A stretch of 64,000 nt of DNA from Octopus sinensis (lineage: Eukaryota): positions 87,482,001-87,546,000 of the forward strand of contig NC_042997.1 of the NCBI RefSeq assembly GCF_006345805.1, given 5' to 3'. The position numbers and the translations under genes are program-made. The notes beneath the pieces were generated by a model, which searched no databases, was not told the origin of the DNA, and saw only the letters and a program-made list of their open reading frames with translations. Positions within the stretch are counted from its first letter, which is position 1, and each line of letters begins with the position of its first letter. This document shows, piece after piece, positions 62,630 to 64,000 of this stretch.

Positions 62630-64000
62630 TGAGCAAGTTTGACCTGAAGCTGAATGTGGTCTTTGTGCCTTCAGAGAGAAACAAGGCAGATGCTCTAACC
62701 AGGGTAAAAAAGTCCTGGTTAGGGGAGCCAGGAGAATCGAAGCAAGGGGTAGCCGTGGTGTGCGAGTTAAATGACTGAGAGCTAAGGAGACTGCATGCCA
62801 AGCATCATATTGGCTTGGATAGGACCCTGTATCTGAACAGGAGGATTGACGCTGACATTACCAGATGGAGCATCCAAAAGGTGGTCAGGAACTGTGACAG
62901 GTGTCAATCCATCGACCCTGCTCTAGGTGTGCATGAGCAGGGGAACATTTCGGTAGAGCACAACTGGAGACGACTAGCAGTGGATGTAACACACTACCGG
63001 CAGGGGACGTATCTTTAAATGGTTGATTGTGGGCCGGGCCGGATGGCTATTTGGAGGGAATTGAGGGCAGGCACTGTGGAAAAGATGGCATGTATTCTAA
63101 ACAAGGTATTTTTAGAGCAAGGCCCTGTGGATGAATTGATGATAGACAACAGCACAGCATTTCATTCGGAGGTGCCGAAGGAGATCGTTGACAAGTGGAA
63201 AGTGCACCGCTTTTTCAGAGTGGCATACAGGCCAAGTGGAAATGGGATCGTGGAGAGACATCATCAAATGATCAAACCATGGTGGAGAGGGGACATGTCT
63301 TGCCACTGGAAGTGGTGTTCTGGTACAACATGTCACCCTGATCAGGACAGGCCAAAGAGTCTGTGCCACATAGAGCAATATTCAAATATGAATGGTGGCA
63401 TTCGACTAAACCATTGAGATACCCTGTAGAAGTGAGAGTGCCTGAATTTGTGGAGGTGGGAGATGAAGTCTGGGTCAAGCCACCAAAAGCACGCTGCACA
63501 ACTCAGTGGAACAGAGGTATAGTGGTGGCTGTCAATTCCCAAAACAACATTTCTGTGGATGGAATACCGCATCATGTCGTAAGATTGTTGCTTCATCAGA
63601 TGATGATTGTGGATAAGGGGAAGAGAATGAGGCTCTCCGTTTAAGAAGATCACAACGTGCAAGGTGCCACCCGGTTGGGTGGTAGATTTCAACATGAAGT
63701 GAAGTAAGGAGATGATCTTTGAGATCAGGGAGGCATGTGGACATGAGCCGGAAGAAGAGGGCCATGATGTCAATGGTCAAGGGACTGACCAAAAGAGGAA
63801 GCATGAGAAGGGAAGTGTGGGAGAGACAGGACAGGGCTGACCTCCTCTTGCCCACTGAGGCATCATGGTTAGATAGTAGCTGCTTATACTGAGTGCCAAG
63901 GTAGGGCAGGATCGCTGGAATGACTACTATTAGACAGGTCCAGATGAGAGAGGAAGGTAGGTGAATCTCTTTTCATTTCCCATGCATGACAATCACCTTT
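62630..64000 (+). mobile_element. Gypsy-type LTR retrotransposon 3' fragment: RNase H end, integrase, probable PPT and start of 3' LTR
   Basis: VVFVPSERNKADALTRV, HHCC finger (HAKHH...CDRC), AVDVTH, IDNSTAF, YRPSGNGIVERHH, VGDEVWVKP, RRSQR. Purine tract gagatcagggagg then TGT at 63736. In-frame stops and frameshifts present. Confidence 0.88.

Overview
AT-rich, CpG-depleted eukaryotic DNA made almost entirely of layered transposable elements and microsatellites. The SINE and LINE families match what I recall from octopus genomes, so a coleoid cephalopod origin is inferred, not proven. No intact, nameable host gene was found. Main contents: (1) a 5'-truncated Penelope-like element (RT + GIY-YIG) inserted into the microsatellite core of a SINE; (2) two back-to-back copies of a tRNA-headed SINE whose body holds a minimal hammerhead-ribozyme fold; (3) mariner remnants, including a fused element with two left ends; (4) a hAT transposon with TIRs and an 8-bp TSD, masked by nested insertions; (5) several RTE and Jockey-group LINE fragments; (6) a young CR1-group LINE with a ~760-codon open EN-RT core, an ORF1 combining a trihelix Myb/SANT-like domain with a CCCH finger, an upstream tandem array, and a 3' tail shared with the commonest SINE; (7) a Gypsy RNase H-integrase-LTR fragment; (8) scattered minus-strand exon-like segments, most with stops or frameshifts, suggesting a decayed multi-exon gene that may start in a CpG-retaining region near 61.4 kb. 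Family labels A-D are local names. Boundaries without a TSD or TIR are approximate.
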